A stretch of DNA of 64,000 nucleotides from a virus (lineage: Duplodnaviria > Caudoviricetes). Each line of letters opens with the position of its first letter. Position 1 is the first letter of the stretch. The stretch covers positions 1 to 64,000 of the IMG/VR virus record IMGVR_UViG_3300031760_000035. One strand, 5' to 3'. The notes beneath the pieces were generated by a model, which saw only the letters and a program-made list of their open reading frames with translations, searched no databases and was not told the DNA's origin. Shown in pieces: positions 44,980-52,618 of this stretch. The position numbers were made by a program, and so were the translations under genes.

Positions 44980-45210
44980 CTAAGAGGTAGCTTCTGCGTG
45001 GTCAGTCCAGATGTACTTCTCTTCGCATCCCATAACGTCAGCAAGAACCATGATCTCGTCAAGAAGCCAAGGACGGTTGCCGTCCATCTTGTCGTAGAGC
45101 GAGCTGCGGCTAATCCCGATGCTGTTGGCGAGAGAGCTTCTGGTCGTGTTGCTCTCCGAGATGTACCGCTCTATGTTCTGCTTGATTATCTGGGTGGTGC
45201 TACGTGTCAT
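44980..45210 (-). CDS. Cro-like HTH repressor
   Basis: TRSSLANSIGISRSSLYDKMDG...W; divergent from cI. Confidence 0.85.
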   Translation of the reverse strand: MTRSTTQIIKQNIERYISESNTTRSSLANSIGISRSSLYDKMDGNRPWLLDEIMVLADVMGCEEKYIWTDHAEATS

Positions 45211-45228
45211 GTCTACCCCTTCAATTTG

Positions 45229-45307
45229 TGTCCGCTACTTCGGACATACTTAGTATTGTCCTAACTATCGGACAATGCAAGAATATATTTGTCCAGATTC
45301 GCGGACA
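45229..45307. promoter_or_regulatory. Immunity-region operators, 3 x TGTCC-N8-GGACA
   Basis: 45229-45246, 45257-45274 and 45290-45307, between the divergent HTH genes. Confidence 0.85.
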
Positions 45308-45321
45308 TTATGGAGGGTGAG

Positions 45322-45534
45322 ATGACATTCGGCGAAGTCGTATCTCTGTATCTCGAAGAGGTTGGAATGTCACAGTCTGAACTGGCTCGAAAGATGAATA
45401 CTGGACGCCAGACGATCAACAGTATCATCATTGATGAAAGAAGGCGTGCCCCGAGGCTGGACACAGCAATGCAAATCGCAGACGCGCTCGGCGTTCCGCT
45501 GCAAGACATGATTGACAGAATGAAGTCTGAGTAG
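45322..45534 (+). CDS. CI-like HTH repressor (no peptidase domain)
   Basis: MSQSELARKMNTGRQTINSI...PRLDTAMQIADALG; GGAGGG RBS (alternative ATG at 45310). Confidence 0.85.
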   Translation: MTFGEVVSLYLEEVGMSQSELARKMNTGRQTINSIIIDERRRAPRLDTAMQIADALGVPLQDMIDRMKSE

Positions 45535-45671
45535 TCGGCGAGACTCACCACAAAAGTGTATCGATCCCCCATGCGGCCACACGAGGGATCGAAGAGGGCT
45601 ACACCACCACTTACTGGAAGGCGGGTGGCAAGCTATGGCACGCACGAAGCGCACTGAGGAGATGGTAGCAC

Positions 45672-46832
45672 ATGGCTAAGAGGCGACTGAGGGACGAGTG
45701 GGGTTCGATCACCGAGGTCAACCGCAACGAGAGGTACCGCATCCGCTATTGGGGCAATGATGAGAACGGCACCTATCGGCGCATGACCTGCACCGTCCGT
45801 GGTACGCGACGGGACGCGGAGCGCAAGCGGGCCGAACTGATGCTCGAACACAGTGAGGAGGCGCAATGCGTCACCGTCGATTACGTCTGGAAGCACTGGT
45901 ACCTTCCGACTCTTGAGCGGCGCTGCAAAGACGGCGAGATGTCCGACAAGACCGTGAGCCAGTACAAGAGCCGCTACAGCTCCGCAATATCCGAGAGGTG
46001 GGGGCAGGTGCCGTGTGACGGAATCAGGCCACTTGACGTGCAGCAGTGGCTCGACGGCATCAGCTACACCAAGGCGAGCCAGTCGCTCAACATGCTCAGG
46101 CCGATGCTCGACTACGCCGTTAGATATGGCGAGATACCGTCCAACCCGTTCAGGGAGCGCTACCTGCTGCCATCGAAGTCAACGGTCAAGCACATGGACG
46201 ATGGCGCATGGAAGCTCGGCGAACTGAACCAATTGTGGGAGCGTGTGCGCGGCGAGTGGTTCGAGGGTGCCTTTATCTGCGCGGCGTTTGGCGGGTGCCG
46301 TGTTGGCGAGTCGATTGGCATCCAGGTAGGCGACATAAAGCGCCTTGACGCTGACGGCCTGTGTGTTGCGGTTGTCAGGGTCGAGCGACAGGTGAAGAAC
46401 GCCGGTGGCGTTTCCGAGCAGTTGAAGAACCCGCAAAGCAGGAGGCCAATCGTCATTGTCGGCAGACCAGCGGAACGACTCTGTGAGATTGCCAAGAGCG
46501 CACCGATCTGGGTTACTGGCGACGGATTCGGCGGGCCAACGACGCAGTTGAGGCTCGGAACATCATGGAAGAAGATGGCAGACCGACTGCCAGATGGGAT
46601 GTGGCACCCGTTCAGGAACCTCAGAAACAGCTACCAGACGTTCATGCGCTGGGAGGTCGGCCTTGCGCCGCATTACATCGAGGAGCTGCTTGGTCACAGG
46701 GGAACGACGGTCACCGACAAGCACTATGACAGGCCGGACGAGAGCGCCATCGTTGGCGTCACCGTGGCGGCATGGGAGGCATACCTAAAGGCTTCACGAG
46801 CGCAAGAAAAGGCACCCTTCGGTGCACGTTAG
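45672..46832 (+). CDS. int: Tyrosine integrase
   Basis: GCRVGE, LKNPQSRR, FRNLRNSY, LLGH...TDKHY. Confidence 0.9.
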   Translation: MAKRRLRDEWGSITEVNRNERYRIRYWGNDENGTYRRMTCTVRGTRRDAERKRAELMLEHSEEAQCVTVDYVWKHWYLPTLERRCKDGEMSDKTVSQYKSRYSSAISERWGQVPCDGIRPLDVQQWLDGISYTKASQSLNMLRPMLDYAVRYGEIPSNPFRERYLLPSKSTVKHMDDGAWKLGELNQLWERVRGEWFEGAFICAAFGGCRVGESIGIQVGDIKRLDADGLCVAVVRVERQVKNAGGVSEQLKNPQSRRPIVIVGRPAERLCEIAKSAPIWVTGDGFGGPTTQLRLGTSWKKMADRLPDGMWHPFRNLRNSYQTFMRWEVGLAPHYIEELLGHRGTTVTDKHYDRPDESAIVGVTVAAWEAYLKASRAQEKAPFGAR

Positions 46833-46838
46833 CGCTTG

Positions 46839-47030
46839 TTTGGGATATTTTGGGATACGACAGCCTTATGCAACTACTCTGACCTGCTGTTTTTTTGCAG
46901 CCATGTACTCGCTGTAGAACTATCAGATAGGGCTTGCAAGAACAGCTTAGGCCGTTTACGTGCAGTTATTCATTCTCTAAGATTGCTAATGGTGTCTTAG
47001 ATTGAGAAATAGGGATACGATAGGGATACG
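46839..47030. other. attP-like site
   Basis: Paired arm-type repeats TTTGGGATA x2 (46839-46858) and TAGGGATACG x2 (47010-47030) flank an AT-rich core with TCTAAGA/TCTTAGA inverted repeat (46976-47001). Confidence 0.65.
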
Positions 47031-47128
47031 GCATTGGTTTAATGTTTTATGTGTGTTCACGGATGCCGCACAGCTCGTCGCTGTAAAAGAGAGCATCCCG
47101 CCGATTTGACGGGATGCGATGGAGTGCA

Positions 47129-47204
47129 TGGCTGGACTGGCTGGGCTTGAACCAGCGACACGGAGCTTAACGGGCACCTGCTCTGCCAACTGAGCTACAG
47201 TCCA
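47129..47204 (-). tRNA. tRNA-Asn(GTT)
   Basis: 76-nt cloverleaf with encoded CCA; anticodon loop CC-GTT-AA (C33); U29:U41 mismatch. Confidence 0.9.
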
Positions 47205-47205
47205 A

Positions 47206-47279
47206 TGGCAGGTCTGGAAGGTAACGCTCCCTCGTCTTTGGCTTTGGAGGCCACTGCTCTGCTATTGAGCTACAGACCT
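47206..47279 (-). tRNA. tRNA-Trp(CCA), atypical
   Basis: 74-nt cloverleaf with CCA; G27:A43 mismatch gives a 4-bp anticodon stem; T-loop AGCGTTA; D-loop AATAGCA. Confidence 0.8.
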
Positions 47280-47287
47280 AGCTTGCA

Positions 47288-47296
47288 ATTATAGCA
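47288..47296 (-). promoter_or_regulatory. Extended -10 promoter of the tRNA pair
   Basis: TGCTATAAT ends 8 nt upstream of tRNA-Trp. Confidence 0.65.
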
Positions 47297-47312
47297 TATC
47301 GTCTTACATTAA

Positions 47313-47620
47313 GTGATGGCACCCCCGCCATGCCTAGCAGAGGTGCCTGCACCAATGGCGCTTCCATGGATGGGCCGCATGCCAGTACGGGCAGGTGACC
47401 AGCGCCGTGGTAGACCGTTTCTGTCGGGCCGTCACCGCCGCTCTACTTTTCGGGGCAAAGTAGCCAAGCCCGACCCACCCGCCTATGGGTGCCGTGCGCA
47501 CGGCGTCCAAGCCCCCAATGTGGCGTTCGGCGGATAGGAACCTTTTCACGGCGCACTCTGGCGGCAGCTACCCCGGCCAGCGTCCGACGCTGGGCCACGT
47601 CCATGGTACGCACCCTCACG
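47313..47620 (-). ncRNA. Candidate ~300-nt structured ncRNA
   Basis: Upstream TGGTACAAT (47626-47634) and nested long-range stems. Confidence 0.5.
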
Positions 47621-47645
47621 GAACAATTGTACCATACGACGCGCG

Positions 47646-47679
47646 AAACGCCCCCTCCCCCGCGCAGGGGAAGGGGGCG
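47646..47679 (-). terminator. Intrinsic terminator
   Basis: CGCCCCCT-TCCCC...GGGG-AGGGGGCG stem followed by TTT on the - strand. Confidence 0.7.
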
Positions 47680-47699
47680 CTGCTGTGTGGGTGGGGTGT

Positions 47700-48353
47700 C
47701 TACGCCTTCGCCTTCGCCACGATGGCCGCGACAAGGCTGCCGGGGATGATGTCGAACGCAAGGTGCTCGACGCCGCCGAAGCTGTTGTCCTGCGCGACGC
47801 TCTCGATGGCCCCCTGCTCGGTGGCGTTGCCGAAGTTGCTGATGATGTAGAGGTGCGGCACGCCGTTGCCGTACTCCGTGTACACGTTGTAGAACGGCTG
47901 CGCGCCGCTGACGTGCGCCGTGTAGCGGTCGCCACCGCCGTCGATGTTGCCGTAGTTGTACACTGGGGCGTCGTACTGGAAGGCGTAGGTCTTGTTGTAG
48001 ATGGAGCTGGCGTTCTTCAGCTTGGTCACGACGGAGAGAAGCGCTGGATTGTCCGACAGGTCGGGGCTTCCCACGCCGCTGGGGATGTTGACGGGAATCT
48101 CGACGCGCGGGTACCACAAGCCGCTGTCCCCGCCCTTCTCATGGGGCACGAAGATGGCGTGCCAGTCGAGCGCCACGATGTCCTCGGCGCTGCCCTCGAA
48201 GTGAGCGAGCGAGAGCGCGGAGCTTGTGCCACCACCGCCCCCGCCAATGACGCTGCCGAGCGCGTTGACAGCCTCGGCGATGGTGCCGCTGCTCTTGCCC
48301 TCGTAGCCCTGTTCCTTGGCAATCGCCAGAATCTCGTCCTTCTTAGTTCCCAT
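47700..48353 (-). CDS. Hypothetical protein
   Basis: MGTKKDEILAIAKEQG...GGGGG linker, as seen in virion accessory proteins. Confidence 0.7.
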   Translation of the reverse strand: MGTKKDEILAIAKEQGYEGKSSGTIAEAVNALGSVIGGGGGGTSSALSLAHFEGSAEDIVALDWHAIFVPHEKGGDSGLWYPRVEIPVNIPSGVGSPDLSDNPALLSVVTKLKNASSIYNKTYAFQYDAPVYNYGNIDGGGDRYTAHVSGAQPFYNVYTEYGNGVPHLYIISNFGNATEQGAIESVAQDNSFGGVEHLAFDIIPGSLVAAIVAKAKA

Positions 48354-48522
48354 AATCTTTTCGCCCTCCCCTTCGTCGGATGCGAAAGAGGGGCGAGGAG
48401 GGGCCGCATCGAGCGACCCTTCCTCGCACCAACTGTTGATGGTTGCCGTGGCGTTGTCCCGCGCCGCCACATGGCACGATTGGTTGTGCCACACCATACC
48501 CACGTGGGTGGTTGGAGTTCCT

Positions 48523-48897
48523 TTACCTGTGACCCGCGCAAAGCCCGTCGATACAGACGGGTCTGCCCAGTGCCCTGCTTGCAGCGGCCACCGCCTCTAT
48601 GGCATGGCCCTCCACGAGCTGCGCCGCCCACTCCTCGGTCGGCACCCAGGACTCCGTTGGAATCCAAGAGCGCAGCCGTCCGAGGAGGTTCCATGACAGC
48701 GTGATTGCGTGCGCTATCTCGTGCAGCATCACGCGGTCGAGCAGCGGCGGCATCACTGACTCGTTGACGTGCACCGCCCTCGTCGCCGGGTCGGTCGTGG
48801 CTATCCTCTCCAAGCCCGTTCGGTCGGTGAGGTGCCTGTCGCCAGCGGGGACGCGGAGCACGCGCCAAAGCTCGCCGTTGATGACGAACGGCCTCAT
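48523..48897 (-). CDS. HExxH metallopeptidase-like protein
   Basis: LDRVMLHEIAHA. Confidence 0.65.
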   Translation of the reverse strand: MRPFVINGELWRVLRVPAGDRHLTDRTGLERIATTDPATRAVHVNESVMPPLLDRVMLHEIAHAITLSWNLLGRLRSWIPTESWVPTEEWAAQLVEGHAIEAVAAASRALGRPVCIDGLCAGHR

Positions 48898-48898
48898 G

Positions 48899-49171
48899 CT
48901 ACATGCCGAGCATCTGCCGCAGCTCGCGCTGCATCTTCTCGCGCTCCTCGGGCGTCGCGCTGCCCATGGCGTCTCGCAGACCTTGGAGGTCGTAGCCGTA
49001 CCTGCCGTTGTCGTAGCCCATGTTGGACGGACGTGACGCATAGCGCCCATTGAAGCCGCCGAGCATGATGAACAGGAGGAGTCAGAGGATGCCGTTGTCA
49101 CCTCCCAGCCCATTGCCGTCACGGGCACCACCTACGACGGTGGCAAGGTCGGACAGACTGAAATCGTTCAA
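48899..49171 (-). pseudogene. Membrane-segment protein with in-frame UGA (49082-49084)
   Basis: TTG start after GGAAGGGG; MNDFSLSDLATVVGG...GDNGIL*LLLFIMLGG...TPEEREKMQRELRQMLGM*. Confidence 0.6.
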
Positions 49172-49240
49172 TCGTACCCCTTCCGTTTTTTGCCTACGAT
49201 CCGTATGTCGAGCGTCGGTGTGCACCCCGACGCGACATGC

Positions 49241-49465
49241 CTAGCGACCGAGCATCCGAAGGACGCTGGCGAGGTCGATGCCGTACTCGCGGTAGGCGTC
49301 CTCTACGGACTTGCCGCGATTGCGCTCCATGAACTGCTGGAACGTCATGTTGGAAACGTCAGTCGCCGCTTGGGCTGACTGGCCTCGCATGTGCTGCGGT
49401 TGGCGCTGCTGATACTGCTGGCTTGGCTGCTGGTACTGCTGCGGGAACTGGCTCATGAACCCCAT
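49241..49465 (-). CDS. Gln-rich small protein
   Basis: FQQFMERNRGKSVEDAYREYGID. Confidence 0.6.
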   Translation of the reverse strand: MGFMSQFPQQYQQPSQQYQQRQPQHMRGQSAQAATDVSNMTFQQFMERNRGKSVEDAYREYGIDLASVLRMLGR

Positions 49466-49532
49466 TGCCCTGCGCTCCAATCACTGCGTTCACCTTCGCG
49501 GCGAACTCATCGAACTCCTGCCTGCTGACGAA

Positions 49533-49898
49533 CTAGGCACCGTCGATGCTGAAACCCTGGCTCTCGAAGTCAGGCTCGTACCTGAACCTCTCGGGGTTCC
49601 TCCTGCCGTCCTGCTCGATGCTCAGCGTGTAGAAGTGCCTGCCGTCGATGTCGAAAAGCGGCTCGCTGACGAAGCCAGGGACGAGCATGTTGGCCGGGTA
49701 GTGCATCAGGAACCTGTTCATGGCCTCCTGCAAGCCATCGACCTTGACGGAGTTCCAAGCCTGCTGTGGCGTCTGCGGCTGTGCCGCGACTGGCTGCGTG
49801 TTGGGCATGGGACTCGTGACGCTGTATCCCTGCGGAACCGTCTGCTGCATGTACGGGTTGTTCCACGTCGGCTGGTATGGCTGGTACTGGTATGGCAT
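49533..49898 (-). CDS. Gln/Pro-rich hypothetical protein
   Basis: MPYQYQPYQ...VKVDGLQEA...PERFRYE. Confidence 0.65.
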   Translation of the reverse strand: MPYQYQPYQPTWNNPYMQQTVPQGYSVTSPMPNTQPVAAQPQTPQQAWNSVKVDGLQEAMNRFLMHYPANMLVPGFVSEPLFDIDGRHFYTLSIEQDGRRNPERFRYEPDFESQGFSIDGA

Positions 49899-49901
49899 CC
49901 G

Positions 49902-50060
49902 CTATCCCTTCTTCCTCTTGGGCGCGAACACATCGACCCTGTAAAAGCACTCGGGGCACATGCGCTCGAACCAAACGCCGCCCTTCACCGTCCTGGTCGA
50001 GTGCTCGACCATCTGCATGAGCTGTCCGCACTTGGGACAAGGAACCTGACGCGCTACCAT
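49902..50060 (-). CDS. Small zinc-ribbon protein (below the ORF-track cutoff)
   Basis: MVARQVPCPKCG...CPECF...KRKKG*. Confidence 0.55.
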   Translation of the reverse strand: MVARQVPCPKCGQLMQMVEHSTRTVKGGVWFERMCPECFYRVDVFAPKRKKG

Positions 50061-50242
50061 GGGAAGGCCATCTTTTCAGCGACGAACGTAATCAGTCCTG
50101 TCATCGCCCAAACCGCAAGGAAGAACGCCGATGCCGTAAGCGCGAATGTCGCGAAAAACGCAGCGACACCGCATGCGTCGTGCCAGCGGTCGTGCTGCTG
50201 CTTCGGCTGATCGTAGCGATGGTCGTAGTTGTGGTGCCTCAT
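50054..50242 (-). CDS. Small membrane protein
   Basis: One long transmembrane segment; next to the lysin. Confidence 0.55.
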   Translation of the reverse strand: MRHHNYDHRYDQPKQQHDRWHDACGVAAFFATFALTASAFFLAVWAMTGLITFVAEKMAFPW

Positions 50243-50967
50243 CCGACCACCCGACCAGTGTCGAGGTGGCCGAGACAGACGTAGCGACGCAGGCCGCTGG
50301 ATGCGCCGACATAGGTTCCCCACGCGATGCCGTCTGCGAGAACCACGCCGTCGATGACGCAGGTGCCGCCCTTTCCGTAGGCACCCACGATCCTGGACTT
50401 TACGCTCGGCCTCTCGCGGATGTTGACCCCATCGGGGAACTTGACCTTTGCCTGCACCGTGAACGCTCCCTCCTCCTGTGAGCCGTCCTTGTACCTGTAG
50501 ATGTACGTCCAGGGCCGCAAAGCGCGCACCTCCACCTCACGGCCCGTCTGGTCGCCCCTGTTGGGGCCGCTGATGCCGCCGTACTCGTCGCCGTGCGCGT
50601 CGGCCTGCAATCCGCTGCCCAGCGCAACGCCCGTGTGGCCGCGAACCCAGAGCACGTCCCCGCGCCGCGCGGTGCCCTCGAAGGACAGGCGCGTGAAGCC
50701 CTGCGCGCGGAGCTTTTCATCTTCCGAGCCAGTCCAAAGGTGACCGATGGGTTTTTGATAGTTGCCAGACATCGCTCCATTAACGCAAACACGCACCATC
50801 TCTGAACAATCGTAATCACCGCCATGAATAGCCACCTTCGAGCCATCAGAAAGGGTGACGGACTCTGTGGTACCGTCACCCGATCGGTTGTTCTGGCTAT
50901 ATCCGTGAACGTTGTGCCTTGCGATGTGTTCAGCTATCTGCGCGATTCTCTCTGGAATCGTCAGCAT
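50239..50967 (-). CDS. Endolysin (NlpC/P60-CHAP-type Cys peptidase plus SH3b)
   Basis: GYSQ, YDCSEMV, GDVLWVRGHTG; C-terminal VNIRERPS...DGIAWG SH3b. Confidence 0.8.
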   Translation of the reverse strand: MLTIPERIAQIAEHIARHNVHGYSQNNRSGDGTTESVTLSDGSKVAIHGGDYDCSEMVRVCVNGAMSGNYQKPIGHLWTGSEDEKLRAQGFTRLSFEGTARRGDVLWVRGHTGVALGSGLQADAHGDEYGGISGPNRGDQTGREVEVRALRPWTYIYRYKDGSQEEGAFTVQAKVKFPDGVNIRERPSVKSRIVGAYGKGGTCVIDGVVLADGIAWGTYVGASSGLRRYVCLGHLDTGRVVG

Positions 50968-51472
50968 ATGCGAACCTCCAACCCATACCATGATGGGAAC
51001 GATAGCCTTTTTTATTTAGACAGACATTACTAACTGCCCCTGAATCGTGACCGTCCTCGACTACATCAGACGCACTTGCATACCATTTGATTGTTGCGCC
51101 AGTCTCTAGGTCGTAACTCTCGACTGGCTTGCTGCATGTGTAGCGCGTATTGTCATATCCGCTCAAGTACTCTAGGTTGTCGATATGGTTGTTTGTCTTG
51201 TCCTCGTCTATGTGGTTAACCTGTAGGTCGCTTGGCCCGACAAACGCAAGCATTACAAGCCTGTGCACGCTTTCTTGCTTTGGCACGCCGTCCTTGTAAA
51301 GCGTGACCTTGAGGTAACCGTTTGGAGTTATGCGTGGCTTGAGCACCTTCCCAGAATACATGCGCATTTTCCCGCGCTGCATTCTTGCTCTTGGAAGGCT
51401 CATTACGTTGCCGAAGCTGGATACGATGTAGGCGTTTTCGTAGCCGGGGATAACGCGCCACAATTCTTGCGC
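50930..51472 (-). CDS. NUMOD4-HNH homing endonuclease
   Basis: ELWRVIPGYENAYIVSSFGNV; VHRLV...VNHIDEDKTNNHIDNLE; low-GC insert overlapping the lysin 5' end. Confidence 0.85.
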   Translation of the reverse strand, partial: AQELWRVIPGYENAYIVSSFGNVMSLPRARMQRGKMRMYSGKVLKPRITPNGYLKVTLYKDGVPKQESVHRLVMLAFVGPSDLQVNHIDEDKTNNHIDNLEYLSGYDNTRYTCSKPVESYDLETGATIKWYASASDVVEDGHDSGAVSNVCLNKKGYRSHHGMGWRFAYADDSRENRADS

Positions 51473-51715
51473 CATAGCTACCACCATCCCTAGTGGTCAC
51501 AATCCCAATGTAGATGTTGGCAGGTCAGTGGGATTAATCTGACTTTTCGGCGGCCAAACCTAGCCAACATCCATTTTAACATACTAGCAGGTAAATGACT
51601 GATTTTGCATTACGTTGTCGCGTCAATCAATAAACGGCACGTCATGTCCTGCGCTGTGGCGTGGCGATGTGCTCGGCAACCTGCGCTATGCGCTCTGGCA
51701 CCGACAGCGCCACGG

Positions 51716-51931
51716 TTAGTCACCGTCCGAGGGACTGGCCGTGAGCTGCGAGATGCCCATGACGGCGCACAGGAACGTGTAAACGACGGCGATGGTACGG
51801 CTCACCTCGTCGGCGTAGGGCCAGCCCCAGATTCCAGCAAGACCGACGTAGAGGACGGAGATCGCGGGCATGATGATGGTCACGAAGTACTTGATCGCGT
51901 CGTACCACTTGTCGGGAAGGATGTAGGTCAT
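51716..51931 (-). CDS. Holin (Dp-1-like)
   Basis: LPDKWYDAIKYFVTIIMPAISVLYVGLAGIWGWPYADEV; two transmembrane segments. Confidence 0.85.
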   Translation of the reverse strand: MTYILPDKWYDAIKYFVTIIMPAISVLYVGLAGIWGWPYADEVSRTIAVVYTFLCAVMGISQLTASPSDGD

Positions 51932-51991
51932 TTCGTTTCCTCCATTCGTCTGCCAATGAAAAAGGCCCCGAAGGGCCTCAAACAAACGCTT

Positions 51992-52396
51992 TTATATTTC
52001 GCGATCTGGAAGCTCGTCTATGCGCCTCATGTATCCGTCGATGAACCCGTTCGCATTTAGGGCTGCATACTTGCTGTGCATGTCGTTGAGCGACGATCTC
52101 TCTTCTGGGGTAAGCCAGCCTCGCGTCAGGTACTTCTCTATGTAGTGCAGCAAGCTGGTTCGCATGGTCGTTTGCGTTGCGTCCGTCAATGCGTCCAGCT
52201 TTTTATCCTGCTCGCACATGTTGCGCTCGATGCGGTCGCGCCACTCGGCCTCGGCGTCGCGCTTCCTCTGCGTCTCGGTCCTATCTTGGTCGCGCTTCTC
52301 ATCGGCCCTCTTAAACCTCGCGTTGAGCCAGAGCTGCCCTGCGCACGTGAGGAGCGCCGCCGCTATCGGTGCGGCCCAAGTGATGATGTGGTCCAT
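51992..52396 (-). CDS. Membrane-anchored lysis-region protein
   Basis: N-terminal transmembrane segment, coiled coil, YLTRGW...YAALNANG. Confidence 0.7.
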   Translation of the reverse strand: MDHIITWAAPIAAALLTCAGQLWLNARFKRADEKRDQDRTETQRKRDAEAEWRDRIERNMCEQDKKLDALTDATQTTMRTSLLHYIEKYLTRGWLTPEERSSLNDMHSKYAALNANGFIDGYMRRIDELPDREI

Positions 52397-52403
52397 GGCA
52401 CCC

Positions 52404-52607
52404 CTAGTGCTCGTAGCAGCGGCTGTCGATTAGCGTGCCGTCGCTGGCGAGCAGCGCCGCAGCGTGCTGTGGAATCGAGCTTATGGCAGCGGATGCTAAT
52501 ATACTATGATACTTACTTTCCGCCTCAGGACGCGTGTCGTGGGCAGTCACGAGGTTACCAACGGTGCCATCCGATGCGGTCTGTATCTCGACGACAATAT
52601 ATTTCAT
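52404..52607 (-). CDS. Hypothetical protein
   Basis: AAAGGAGG RBS. Confidence 0.65.
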   Translation of the reverse strand: MKYIVVEIQTASDGTVGNLVTAHDTRPEAESKYHSILASAAISSIPQHAAALLASDGTLIDSRCYEH

Positions 52608-52618
52608 TCTTTCCTCCT

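Noticed and set aside
47313-47340. tmRNA or third tRNA, suggested by a - strand end in GGGGGTGCCA
   Set aside because: No T-arm or matching acceptor 5' strand, and no tag ORF found.
50930-51620. Group I intron around the HNH gene
   Set aside because: The lysin frame is uninterrupted and I saw no P7/catalytic core motifs; treated as a free-standing endonuclease.
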